Of a stretch of DNA of 47,458 nt, positions 1 to 8,841 are shown piece after piece; position 1 is the stretch's first letter; each line of letters opens with the position of its first letter. The translations under genes and the position numbers were made by a program. Below the pieces are notes generated by a model. It was not told the DNA's origin, made no database searches, and saw only the letters and a list, made by a program, of their open reading frames with translations. Source of the stretch: Planctomycetales bacterium (GTDB lineage Bacteria > Planctomycetota > Phycisphaerae > SM23-33); the NCBI GenBank assembly GCA_030592655.1, contig JAUVIQ010000002.1:1-47458 (forward strand). Reading direction: 5' to 3'.

Positions 1-1413
1 AACGTTCGTAACATCAATGTTTTTTTTGAGGTCGCCGAGTACTTCGGTCAGGTACGATGTGGACGTCAGCGTCGCTCCGCCTCCTCCCCATCGCTCCTTG
101 ACGGAGACCTTTTCGCGCCTGGCAATGGGTAACGCCAATAATGTCCCGTCCAGGTCGAAGAAGAAATCCCCGCTGGAACCCCACCCGGCCTGGGGGTAAA
201 TATGGCGTTTCCAGCCCATACCGAACGAGTTAATTCGATAGTGCCTGTAGTATGCCACCCGCTTTTTACCCTGGATAATAATCTCCGCCGTCAGGAGCAG
301 TTTGTTACGGTAATCGCGGATGTCTTTTTTCTTCAGCAACTTCACCGGTTTCCTGAGCGGTTTTTCCAGTGTAACGATGAAACCGCCGTAATCTTTCATT
401 GTGCATTTAAACTTCGCCGGTATCGGTTCGCCCTTCTGCCGATGAACTGTAATCCGTTCCAGACGGGCTGTTACTTTCGGGAGCATGTTCGTCAACACGA
501 GAACGCTATTCTTGTCGATAAGAGCGCCGGTGGTATTGATTTCCGTCTGGTTTTCATCGCCGCCGTAGTAACCGCGGCCGCTTCTTTTCTTGGGGCTTCG
601 GAAGTTCAGTGTTACCCGCATCAGTCCTTGTTCGGCGATTTTACGGACGTTGGCGAGCAACTTTTTCATATCTTTCGCCGGAAGCATAGGCCATTTCAAC
701 GGCGACCCTTTCCATGAATCATCGACAGGCCAGCGCGAGGCAAACGAGATGGCTACGGATTTTCCGGTCTTGTCCACGATGAGGCAACCCGACGGGCCGG
801 CGCGATATTGACGGTTTTTTTCGGTGGTATAGACCGACGGTAACTTCAGAGACCAGATGCGCGTCGTCAGCGTCGAACCATATCTGCCGTAATTGATGGC
901 GTAGTAGGGCTCCTCGGCTTTGGCGTCGAAAACGAGGGGTTTCGCTTCTTTCAGAGGCTTGGCGAGTTCCAGCAATATCGCCTGAGTGTCTTTGGAGTAG
1001 GCCTTTACAACGGCATCGACCTGCTCGGATTTGTAGGTAACAAACATTTTTTTGATGAAGCGTGGATGTACGGTAATGTCATTGGTTATAACAAGCGTCG
1101 GCGAAAGCAGATACCCCGTCCGCTCCACCGCTCTTTCTTCTCTGATTGCCTGCTCGCATCCTGGCGCGGCTTCACCCTTGTCGAACTTCGCGGTGAACTC
1201 CACACGAACCAGAGAGGCCGAAACCGTCTTGACAAGCGCGATCTGCTCGTCAGGTTCGAGCGGCTTTTCTTCGTTTTTGTCAGCCGCTTTGTCAACCGCT
1301 ACCACTTTGTCAACCGCGTCAACAACTGTTTTTTCAACCGCGTCATCCACAGCCGTCAACGGACCCGCCAACAACAACACCAACAACATCGAAACCAGAA
1401 TCCGCTTGTCCAT
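1..1413 (-). CDS. Secreted protein, 3' end outside the window; two tandem degenerate trypsin/HtrA-like lobes
   Basis: The minus-strand frame is open from ATG at 1413 to position 1 (471 codons, no stop). It is absent from the ORF track because its stop lies outside the window. The N-terminus MDKRILVSMLLVLLLAGPLTAV is signal-peptide-like. Two segments (LVITNDITVH...GPSGCLIVDKTGKSVAI and VLVLTNMLPK...SSGDFFFDLDGTLLALPI) echo the TNxHV and GxSGGP motifs of the adjacent HtrA but lack the His. Confidence 0.6.
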   Translation of the reverse strand, partial: MDKRILVSMLLVLLLAGPLTAVDDAVEKTVVDAVDKVVAVDKAADKNEEKPLEPDEQIALVKTVSASLVRVEFTAKFDKGEAAPGCEQAIREERAVERTGYLLSPTLVITNDITVHPRFIKKMFVTYKSEQVDAVVKAYSKDTQAILLELAKPLKEAKPLVFDAKAEEPYYAINYGRYGSTLTTRIWSLKLPSVYTTEKNRQYRAGPSGCLIVDKTGKSVAISFASRWPVDDSWKGSPLKWPMLPAKDMKKLLANVRKIAEQGLMRVTLNFRSPKKRSGRGYYGGDENQTEINTTGALIDKNSVLVLTNMLPKVTARLERITVHRQKGEPIPAKFKCTMKDYGGFIVTLEKPLRKPVKLLKKKDIRDYRNKLLLTAEIIIQGKKRVAYYRHYRINSFGMGWKRHIYPQAGWGSSGDFFFDLDGTLLALPIARREKVSVKERWGGGGATLTSTSYLTEVLGDLKKNIDVTNV

Positions 1414-1437
1414 GTCCTGTTCTCCTGTCTCTGTCTT

Positions 1438-1489
1438 TGTTTCTGTTTCTGTTTCTCAATTGGAAATTGGAAATCGGAAATCGGAAATT
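1438..1489. repeat. Tandem (TGTTTC)x3 at 1438-1455 and (GGAAATY)x4 at 1462-1489
   Basis: Read directly from the sequence. It fills the spacer between the htrA stop (1491) and the downstream gene start (1413). Confidence 0.9.
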
Positions 1490-1490
1490 G

Positions 1491-2909
1491 TTACTCTTTT
1501 TCGTAATCGCGCTCGAAGTTCAGAACCACCTGGCACGTAAGTCCGTTTCTCAAAAGCGTAAATACGATACGGTGTTTCTTTTTGATATTTTTCAGAGCGG
1601 CCTTGTGTATTTTTTTGACGTCTTCGAGAGTTTTCACTTCCTTACCGTCAATTTTCAGGACGATGTCCTGTTCCGACAGGTTTGCGTTACCGGCGTTACC
1701 GGGGTACTTGACGCCATAGACGAATACGCCCTTTTTACGATGGAAGTACAGGTCGGGGTTGTCGAACTGGTTGATGGCCTTGACGGTAAGGTCCCATCGC
1801 GGACAATCGAGTTCTTCGCCTTCGACTTTTCCTTTCTTACGCGGCGTGAGGGAAACGGTAATAGTTTTACCCTTCCGCAACAGTTCAACCTGAACGGGTT
1901 TGCCCTTTTCCAGCAGGCCAAGCCCCCTGCGAACCAGAGGCAAAGCCTCTTCCGTAAGCGCGTTGATTGGTTTACCGGCAACCCGAAGGATTCGGTCCCT
2001 TGCGAGGATGCCCGCGCGCCGGGCGGGGCTTTCCGGGTCGGTTTCAGCCACTATTACACCCTCGGTTCCCTCGAAGTACATATTGCGATTGAAATTTCTC
2101 AACGGCTGGAGCTGCAAGCCAGTCCACGACCAGTTGACTTTCTTGTGCTCGCGGAGTTGCGGGAGGATGTAACCTATTGTCTCGGAAGGGATTGCAAAAC
2201 CCATGTCCCCGCCGGCCCGCGAAGCCAGTGTGTTGATACCGATAATCTCACCACGCGTATTGACCAATGGCCCGCCGGAGTTTCCCGGACAAATGGCGGC
2301 ATCGGTCTGAAGCCAGAGGCTGTACTCGCTGTTGCCCGGCAGGTAACGGCTGGTGCATGAGATGATTCCGATGGAGACCGACCGGCTCAGCCCCCACGGC
2401 GCTCCCATTGCCATGACGAAATCGCCTTCCTTCAGCGTCGTCGAATCGCCCAGTATCGCGTGCGGTAATCCGCCGGCATTGTCGGTATCGGGCTTGTCGG
2501 CATTGGGTTTGTCGGTATCCGGTTTTTTGGGTTTATCGGGCAACTTGAGTTGTATAAGCGCCAGGTCTGTGTCCTTGTCGGAGCCGACGACTTCGGCGTC
2601 CATCGACCTGCCGTCGTACAGCAGGCAGCGGACCTCGACGGCCTTATCGACTACGTGCCAATTGGTCAGGACTTCGCCGGTCGGCGTGACGATCACCCCG
2701 CTTCCGGAAACCTCTTCGGTGATCTTCTTTCCCATTGCGTGGCTTTCCTTGAGGCACTTGACATAGACCACCGCCGGGAATACCTTGTTCTTTGCGTCCT
2801 TGACGACTTTGCGGAAGTCAAGCCTGCCCATCGCGGAGTTGTTATCCGCCGCACACCCCAAACCGCACATCAAGACGACCAGAAGTACGCTCATGTAAGA
2901 CTTTTTCAT
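1491..2909 (-). CDS. htrA: HtrA/DegP-family serine endoprotease with PDZ region
   Basis: ORF 1491..2978. I trimmed the start to ATG 2909 (MKKSYMSVLLVVLMCGLGC, with AAGGAG about 10 nt upstream). Triad motifs are LTNWHVV, DTDLALI and GNSGGPLVN. The C-terminal half is PDZ-like. Confidence 0.85.
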   Translation of the reverse strand: MKKSYMSVLLVVLMCGLGCAADNNSAMGRLDFRKVVKDAKNKVFPAVVYVKCLKESHAMGKKITEEVSGSGVIVTPTGEVLTNWHVVDKAVEVRCLLYDGRSMDAEVVGSDKDTDLALIQLKLPDKPKKPDTDKPNADKPDTDNAGGLPHAILGDSTTLKEGDFVMAMGAPWGLSRSVSIGIISCTSRYLPGNSEYSLWLQTDAAICPGNSGGPLVNTRGEIIGINTLASRAGGDMGFAIPSETIGYILPQLREHKKVNWSWTGLQLQPLRNFNRNMYFEGTEGVIVAETDPESPARRAGILARDRILRVAGKPINALTEEALPLVRRGLGLLEKGKPVQVELLRKGKTITVSLTPRKKGKVEGEELDCPRWDLTVKAINQFDNPDLYFHRKKGVFVYGVKYPGNAGNANLSEQDIVLKIDGKEVKTLEDVKKIHKAALKNIKKKHRIVFTLLRNGLTCQVVLNFERDYEKE

Positions 2910-3023
2910 AACACCGATTCTCCTTACGGTAACCGTCTCTGCCCCACCCCCGATACCAAGCATAAAATCATACACCACCGGCAGGGAAATATCGAAGAAT
3001 TGTTTCGGGGAAACCCCGCGAGG

Positions 3024-4232
3024 CTATTTCCCGTCGTCGGATTCCATCTCCGCCCGCTCTTTGCTCCGTCGCTGGGGCAGGAATGCCTCGATGAGTCCCC
3101 GATTGGGACCGTATTTGCCTCCGTCGCTAATCAGAAGTTTCATTTCAACGAGTTTGGATAAATCCCGGCTGAGGGTCTTGTCTGTCTTTCCGGCGTATGC
3201 TTTCCGCAAGCGGGGAGTGAGGGACGGAATTTCAGCCTTGGCTATGGGTTCAGACTGAAGTGACAGATCAAGCACTACATGTCGCTGACGGCGTGCTACC
3301 CCCGAGCGCATCTCCCTGAAACTTTCGTGTACGATGTTTCTCCACGCAATATCACGTGTCTGCTCCGTAACCAATTTCAGTTGCTCCCGAAGCCCATCCC
3401 GAAACCCCTGTACCGCATACTTAACGAACCCCATTGGAGTTTTCTGACAACTGGCGGCATCCAGTTGACGGTAGTATTCGCGGCGAGTAGCGTTGTAATG
3501 GTTGCTTAACAAATGTGCTGCCGGTGATGGAATGTCAGAACGTATAAGGATGTCGAGTTCCACCAAACGGGCCGTTCGTCCATTCCCGTCGCCGAAGGGG
3601 TGTATCCATGCTACGTACAAATGAGCAAGTATGGCTTTGAGGATACCCGTCGCCCGAAACAGCCCGGAACGATCATCGTTCAGCCATTGGCAAAGACGCT
3701 CCATCAGTTCCGGCACATACCTCTGGTCAGGACCACGGTACATTCCAACACCAACATCATGCCTGCGGAGTTGTCCGGGAACGACACCTTCATCCAATTT
3801 GAGATTGCGCAGGACATCGGCGTTGTAATCACACAAAAGGGCTACCGTAATTTTTTTATCGTGTCCTTCAACCGCAGATTGGCCTATCCGGTTGCACGCA
3901 AGAATGATGTTGTCAACTTCCTGCCCTAAATATTCTTTGGATTCAGGAAGTGTGGACTTGTGCTGTATCCGTTCTATTACTTCGGCTTCAGTGAGCGTGT
4001 TCCCCTCAATCGCCGTTGTGGCCTGCACACCTTTGGCCAGATAGATGAGATGCAAATCATCCCTGGTGGCTGGGCGGAGAGGCGTATTGGCGATGTGTTC
4101 ACATTTTGACGCACACTCGCCCAACGCCATCCAAGTCAGGGGCCCCAGAGACCTCAAATCGACCTGGAAATCAATCCATGGATGAGACGGTGCAATTAGA
4201 TGCTCATCATGTCCCATTATATGTCTCCACAA
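3024..4232 (-). CDS. Fic-family protein (class II arrangement) with C-terminal winged-helix-like region
   Basis: HPFGDGNGRTARL matches the canonical Fic motif HxFx(D/E)GNGRxxR. TTAIEGN, N-terminal to it, fits the inhibitory (S/T)xxxE(G/N) motif. An alternative start, MGHDEH, lies at 4217. Confidence 0.85.
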   Translation of the reverse strand: MWRHIMGHDEHLIAPSHPWIDFQVDLRSLGPLTWMALGECASKCEHIANTPLRPATRDDLHLIYLAKGVQATTAIEGNTLTEAEVIERIQHKSTLPESKEYLGQEVDNIILACNRIGQSAVEGHDKKITVALLCDYNADVLRNLKLDEGVVPGQLRRHDVGVGMYRGPDQRYVPELMERLCQWLNDDRSGLFRATGILKAILAHLYVAWIHPFGDGNGRTARLVELDILIRSDIPSPAAHLLSNHYNATRREYYRQLDAASCQKTPMGFVKYAVQGFRDGLREQLKLVTEQTRDIAWRNIVHESFREMRSGVARRQRHVVLDLSLQSEPIAKAEIPSLTPRLRKAYAGKTDKTLSRDLSKLVEMKLLISDGGKYGPNRGLIEAFLPQRRSKERAEMESDDGK

Positions 4233-4455
4233 ATGTCCACAATAAACATATTTACCAGCATCGCTAATGCTATATTATATAACATGATATATAATTTTCA
4301 ACAGTTATCTACTAATATTATGTCCTATTTTATGTCCACCAACATTAGTAAAATGCGTGAGATTGTTATTAGTACGACAGCACAAGTTCGTCGTCTGGCT
4401 GTGATAGATACCCCCAAAAATGGTGGGTGGCGTGGTGCTCGATGCGAGGGGGGGG

Positions 4456-4827
4456 TCATTTACCGGCGGGATTAAAAAGATCGTGAAGTATTTTTCGAAC
4501 GTGCTTGAACGTCTCGTCAGCAAGTGCTCCGAGACGACGAGCGATGATTTTTCTGTCGCAGGTAAAAATTTTGGAAACGCGAATTTCAGACGATGCTTTC
4601 AAGTTGGTCGGAAGAAACTCCACACTGTCTTGAGTTAGCGAGATTACATCGGCATTCTTGGAGGATAATTGAGAACTTATCGCACAGACAATAACGTCGT
4701 CGGAGGCTGTTACTTCATCCAAATCTCGCAGGACAACAACCGGCCTGACCTTAGTGCCGGTCAAGTCGGTAAAGGGAAATCGCACCAATACAATCTCCCC
4801 TTGCTCGAACGCTGGACGGCTGTTCAT
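4456..4827 (-). CDS. PemK/MazF-like type II toxin
   Basis: GEIVLVRFPFTDLTGTKVRPVVVL resembles the MazF/PemK N-terminal signature. The start overlaps the upstream ORF's stop as ATGA (4824-4827). Confidence 0.7.
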   Translation of the reverse strand: MNSRPAFEQGEIVLVRFPFTDLTGTKVRPVVVLRDLDEVTASDDVIVCAISSQLSSKNADVISLTQDSVEFLPTNLKASSEIRVSKIFTCDRKIIARRLGALADETFKHVRKILHDLFNPAGK

Positions 4828-5057
4828 AGCTCCTGCCCGTCCTCCAACGTGTAAATGTTTTCTTCAGGTCGGTTAAGAAAATCAAAAGAACCGCTCTGTG
4901 CCGCCGCTGCGGCAATCTCGGCATCGGACAACGAATTCACGGCCCCCGGCAAACCGATCAAAGGGGCGCAAAGCAATGGTTTCCAAACAGTCCAAACAGT
5001 CGTGTCTACGACTTCACCTGACTCCATAATAGCCTGCTGTTGAGAAATGACGTTCAT
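4824..5057 (-). CDS. Putative cognate antitoxin (family not recognised)
   Basis: A 77-aa acidic ORF lies immediately upstream of the toxin and is translationally coupled to it. It also overlaps the stop of the 141-aa ORF as ATGA (5054-5057). Confidence 0.45.
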   Translation of the reverse strand: MNVISQQQAIMESGEVVDTTVWTVWKPLLCAPLIGLPGAVNSLSDAEIAAAAAQSGSFDFLNRPEENIYTLEDGQEL

Positions 5058-5479
5058 TGTTTGCCCTCTTCTCTTGGATGAACATTAAATTTTCTGCCGA
5101 TAAGCAAGGTTTCGTCAGCATAGAATTCCAAATGATAAACCCCAGGTTGCTCAAATCGAATAGGCGGCAACACCATGCCAATCTCAACAACCTGCAAAGG
5201 GTTTTCAAATTTCAACGGTCCCTTCGCCTGAAACAATACTTGGTCCGTTTCAGCATGAACGAGCCTCACCTCTCCATTGTACTGTCCCCGTCCCTCTGTG
5301 AGCGAAATAAATACGCTCATGGCGGAATGTATGAATGGCAAGGACGAAACGCCTATCTGATTGAAAGTGCCCACAAGCGTATGTTTGCCCGTATCTCGAT
5401 CGGTGATAATCTGGTCACAAAGTATCATTGCTAGACACAGAGGTGTTGGTTTTTTGCGCTTGGTTTTTTCCTTGCCCAT
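5054..5479 (-). CDS. Hypothetical protein, first gene of the three-gene overlapped module
   Basis: A 141-aa ORF with a Lys-rich N-terminus and beta-rich-looking sequence. I recognised no catalytic motif. Coding is supported mainly by the ATGA coupling to the next gene. Confidence 0.5.
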   Translation of the reverse strand: MGKEKTKRKKPTPLCLAMILCDQIITDRDTGKHTLVGTFNQIGVSSLPFIHSAMSVFISLTEGRGQYNGEVRLVHAETDQVLFQAKGPLKFENPLQVVEIGMVLPPIRFEQPGVYHLEFYADETLLIGRKFNVHPREEGKQ

Positions 5480-5575
5480 TTTTTATCCGTTCAAAAGAAC
5501 GACATAATCGAAAATCGGCAGGATTTTACCCTACCTTAAGGTGAATATGTATTCTATGGCTGGTGTGGACAACAG

Positions 5576-7024
5576 TCAATATCGTTTTCTCTTTACCTCA
5601 ATTTTAGGTCTCATTCTGTTGATGAAAAAATATCGTAGTGCGTCTATGAAATGGTCCGGGCCGTCTTTTATGGGCCGGTCGGGTTGGCCTGATGAGCCGG
5701 GGAGAGGGTAATGATATTCCCGAAACGCCTTTATCAACCCCCGGCACTTTCGGTCGATCTTCAGTCTCGCCGGTCCCAAAGCCGGCGCAAGCGCCGCCCG
5801 GATTAATTCCAGACCCTCATTAATCGTCGATGCCCGCCAGCAGCAGCCTATCCCCGCCGATGCCAGTAGTTCGGTACACGCCGCCCCGCTGGTGGCTTCG
5901 CGCGCATTACCGGCTGGGTCAACGTAAGTCGTTACCACCGGAGCGAGATTATGGGCGAGTATCTCGACGGCGTGCTGCGCGACAGGCCGGCGAGTGTGAG
6001 CGTACTCGTCAATGACGTGCACGTCGCCTGCCGGCGTAACCTGAACCCACAAGCACACCAGCGGACTGGTATATCCGAAATCAATCGCCCGATACGTCGG
6101 CCAATCGGAGCAGTACTCCACGTCGGCGACGTGCAAAGCCGGGTCGAACTCGCCGAATACCAGCCAGTCCCGCTTAGCGCCGATGCAGAGCATCTCCGCC
6201 TCCCACGCACTCCGGCTTGAACGGGCTTTAATGGCGATTGCGTCGTCGATTCTGAAGAATCCGTCTGCCTTCCTGGCCTTCCCCTGACAATCGTCGTGCA
6301 GGGGACAGCCTTCGCACTGTCGCTTCGACTCGTCGCATTTCTCGATTACTTCCCACAGACACCACTGGAACATGCGGAAATTCTTTTCCTGCTGGGCCTG
6401 CTCGACCAGATGCTCCATCAGCCCGCCGGGACGGTGGAGCGTGGAGAATATCTCGATCCCACCCCGCGTCTTGCCCCTTGAGCGGGTAGTGAACTGCAGC
6501 GCGCCCCAAACCTCCGGATCGAATAAGTCCACTTCGTCGCATCGGATTTTCTGAGCGTGTTGGCCTCGGACCGCCTTTTGAGATTGGCTGAGCATACGTA
6601 TATCCGCGCCGTTGGTCAGGCGTATCCGCTCGCGGGTCATTCTGCCGGCGACTGCGCCGGAAAGTCCGTCCATCGAGAGGAATTTTCGCAGATAATCAGC
6701 CAGGCGGTCGGACTGGTCGAACGATCCGCCGATGATGCGAATATCTATCGGAGCCTTGTACAGTGCGTCCAGCAAAGCCGCTATCGCCGCGAGCATTGTC
6801 TTTCCGCCACCCCGATTCGCCCATACCAGCAAATCGGCTGGAGCGTCGTCGTCCAGGAAACTCGCCGACAGGTAATCCATCGGCGACTGATGCGACGGGC
6901 AGAGGGCCTCATCGGGAATGTGCATACCCAGTTCGTCTTTAACCCACTGGGCAAGTTCGTCCCGGTTCTCAGGCTCTTTCGGCGGCGTGAATTGCGGTTT
7001 GGAATCATCTGTTGAGTCTGGCAC
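5576..7024 (-). CDS. Phage terminase large subunit (TerL)-like ATPase/nuclease
   Basis: Walker A-like WANRGGGKTMLAA and Walker B-like IRCDEVDLF. The C-terminal RNaseH-like nuclease region includes AIDFGYTSP, VDPAG and DGPDHFIDALRY. GTG start at 7024 is preceded by AAGGAG. Confidence 0.8.
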   Translation of the reverse strand: MPDSTDDSKPQFTPPKEPENRDELAQWVKDELGMHIPDEALCPSHQSPMDYLSASFLDDDAPADLLVWANRGGGKTMLAAIAALLDALYKAPIDIRIIGGSFDQSDRLADYLRKFLSMDGLSGAVAGRMTRERIRLTNGADIRMLSQSQKAVRGQHAQKIRCDEVDLFDPEVWGALQFTTRSRGKTRGGIEIFSTLHRPGGLMEHLVEQAQQEKNFRMFQWCLWEVIEKCDESKRQCEGCPLHDDCQGKARKADGFFRIDDAIAIKARSSRSAWEAEMLCIGAKRDWLVFGEFDPALHVADVEYCSDWPTYRAIDFGYTSPLVCLWVQVTPAGDVHVIDEYAHTRRPVAQHAVEILAHNLAPVVTTYVDPAGNAREATSGAACTELLASAGIGCCWRASTINEGLELIRAALAPALGPARLKIDRKCRGLIKAFREYHYPLPGSSGQPDRPIKDGPDHFIDALRYFFINRMRPKIEVKRKRY

Positions 7025-7036
7025 GTGTTCTCCTTT

Positions 7037-8330
7037 TTAGATGGTGTCGGGGTTGAATGAATTTCGAGGAAGGACGGCGTTCGCCGCTGCGAGGTAGTAG
7101 TTGTAGTTTAGTTTCCGACCTGTGAATCGTCCGAAGGCGCTCATTCCGCCCCGTTCAAAGAACGGGTGGATCGCTCCCATCGTGGCTAATGCTTCGACAA
7201 GGGGCATCGGGATTGTTCGCAGCGCGTGGCGGACAAGTCTGACTGCCAGTCCGCATGAGCGATATATCGGATGAACGACGACCCGCGAGATGCATTCTAT
7301 CTCCGCGTTGAGCAGATAAGTTGATGCCCGACGGTCGGGGCTTACGTAACGCTTTCCCGTCGCGACGTTCCGCCCCCTGCAGCACAGCACCGGCGGCGAA
7401 ACCACCAGAACGGCTGCCACTTCGGGCGTACCGGGATGCGGGGGATCGACAGGAGCGCGTATCGTCCAGACACGCTTGTGTGCCGCCGGCGGTCCGGTCA
7501 GGTAATGAAACCGACTCAACGCGCGATAGTCCTTGATAGTTCCCCGCTCGATTTTCCAATCGGAAGCCCATGCCTCGCTGAAGCCTGTCCCTTGGGGGCG
7601 AGCACGCCAAAAGAAAAATGTGCGTTTTGGGGTGAATTTTGTTGGCGTGCTCGCCCCCAAGGGACAGGCTTCAGCGAGGCATGACAGATACGCGCCGGCG
7701 TTCAGTGGTTTGACTATCGTGCGGTCCGGTTTGATGATCTTCAGGAGTTCATCTCGCGGCGTCGAGATAATCATCGCCAGACCGTATCGCCGGACGAGTT
7801 TTCGCAGCCCCGATGCCAGAACACCTGCGGTGGCTGAATCGAGGGTCGAAGCGAACTCATCAATCAGAAGTAATTTCGGCTCGCCCGATGCGGACGCCTT
7901 CCACACCGCCGACGCAAGCGCCAGACGATATAACTGCCCGCCCGAAAGGCGCCTTGCCGGAGTAATCAGCATCCTCGCGTCGGCCAGGCCGCAACGAGAC
8001 AAAATCGCCAGTCATTCGAATGGCTGGGCTTCGGGCCAAACACGCAATGGCGGGTCTGCTTTCAGACGAGAGGGCGTCCAGGTCCAGCGTTATCGCATCG
8101 GGCACAACCTCCGCGACGGCCCGGAGCAACGATGTCTTCCCCCCGCCGCTGGGTCCAACTAAGGAAATAATCTCGCCCGGAGATATGCTCAGACGGAAAT
8201 CATCGTAAAGCGTCTCGATACACCGATCAGACAGGCCGAACATTCCGGATATCACGGAGGCGTCGGGATCATCGACAGGCGAACGGGTAATTTTGACGCT
8301 GATTGGTATATCCCATTTTGGCGTGGTCAT
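7037..8330 (-). pseudogene. ABC-type ATPase fused to a GNAT-like C-terminal domain; reading frame disrupted
   Basis: Walker A GPSGGGKTS (ORF 7860..8330) is in a different frame from the ABC signature LSGGQ and Walker B LLLIDEF (ORF 7037..8002). The second frame opens just after TGA at 8012-8014, so a 1-nt shift near 8000-8015 would join them. The C-terminal part (DWKIERGTIKDYRALSRFHY...ISRVVVHPIYRSCGLAVRLV) looks GNAT-like. Confidence 0.65.
7569..7683. mobile_element. MITE-like palindromic element inserted within the ATPase/GNAT coding frame
   Basis: Perfect 42-bp inverted repeat: 7569-7610 (catgcctcgctgaagcctgtcccttgggggcgagcacgccaa) and its exact reverse complement at 7642-7683, separated by a 31-nt spacer. 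The host ORF stays open through it (LSCLAEACPLGASTPTKFTPKRTFFFWRARPQGTGFSEAWA). Confidence 0.55.
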
Positions 8331-8794
8331 TTACATCTCTCCTGATGAAGTGGGTATTTTTCCTCCGCCTTTACCAGTCCGGCAACGATCCCATCAACCT
8401 CGGCGAGCGTTCTGCGAATCGCATGATACCGAAGCGAAGTCGCATCGACTGTTGCCTGAAGCGACTTTCCCTGAAGAATGTGGGATTTGACAACGGCGAA
8501 CTGTTCGTCGTTGAGCAGGTGGAGGCTTCGGGCGACTGAGACGAATTGTGGCGAACTGATCCGGACGATTAACCGGCGTATGCGACGCCGAACGATAGAG
8601 GGGTTGGTTCGGTTAATCTGGGCGATTATTTTCGTCGGCTGGTCGTAGATAAGCACCGCACGGAGAAGGTTCCTGTCGTCGGGATCGAGCAGGTCCGTCC
8701 TCGCTTCGATGACGCTCTGGTCGCTGAGGAATCCGGATTTATCGCGCCGATTTCCGACGGATCGAAGAAAATTCTCCTTCAGCGTCAACGGCAT
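8327..8794 (-). CDS. DNA-binding protein with two sigma-70-region-4-like HTH segments; possible small-terminase analogue
   Basis: PTKIIAQINRTNPSIVRRRIRRL and KSLQATVDATSLRYHAIRRTLAEV look like HTH units. The stop overlaps the start of the ATPase gene (8327-8330). GAGGAG lies upstream of ATG 8794. Confidence 0.5.
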   Translation of the reverse strand: MPLTLKENFLRSVGNRRDKSGFLSDQSVIEARTDLLDPDDRNLLRAVLIYDQPTKIIAQINRTNPSIVRRRIRRLIVRISSPQFVSVARSLHLLNDEQFAVVKSHILQGKSLQATVDATSLRYHAIRRTLAEVDGIVAGLVKAEEKYPLHQERCK

Positions 8795-8810
8795 GATTCG
8801 CTCCTCAAAA

Positions 8811-8841
8811 GGATTGCGGATTGCGGATTGTGGATTGCGGA
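8811..8841. repeat. Tandem (GGATTGY)x4 heptamers in the 5' leader of the HTH gene
   Basis: Read directly: ggattgc ggattgc ggattgt ggattgc gga. Confidence 0.9.

Noticed and set aside
4200-4523. Small ORFs in the AT-rich fic upstream region (4200..4475 +, 4305..4523 -)
   Set aside because: Their composition is low-complexity and Ile/Asn/Ser-rich, typical of AT-rich non-coding DNA. They overlap the promoter/repeat region and the end of the toxin gene.
7436-7684. + strand ORF 7436..7684 containing the same peptides as the minus-strand gene (AEACPLGAST / RARPQGTGFSEA)
   Set aside because: This is a mirror effect of the perfect palindrome and not independent evidence for coding.
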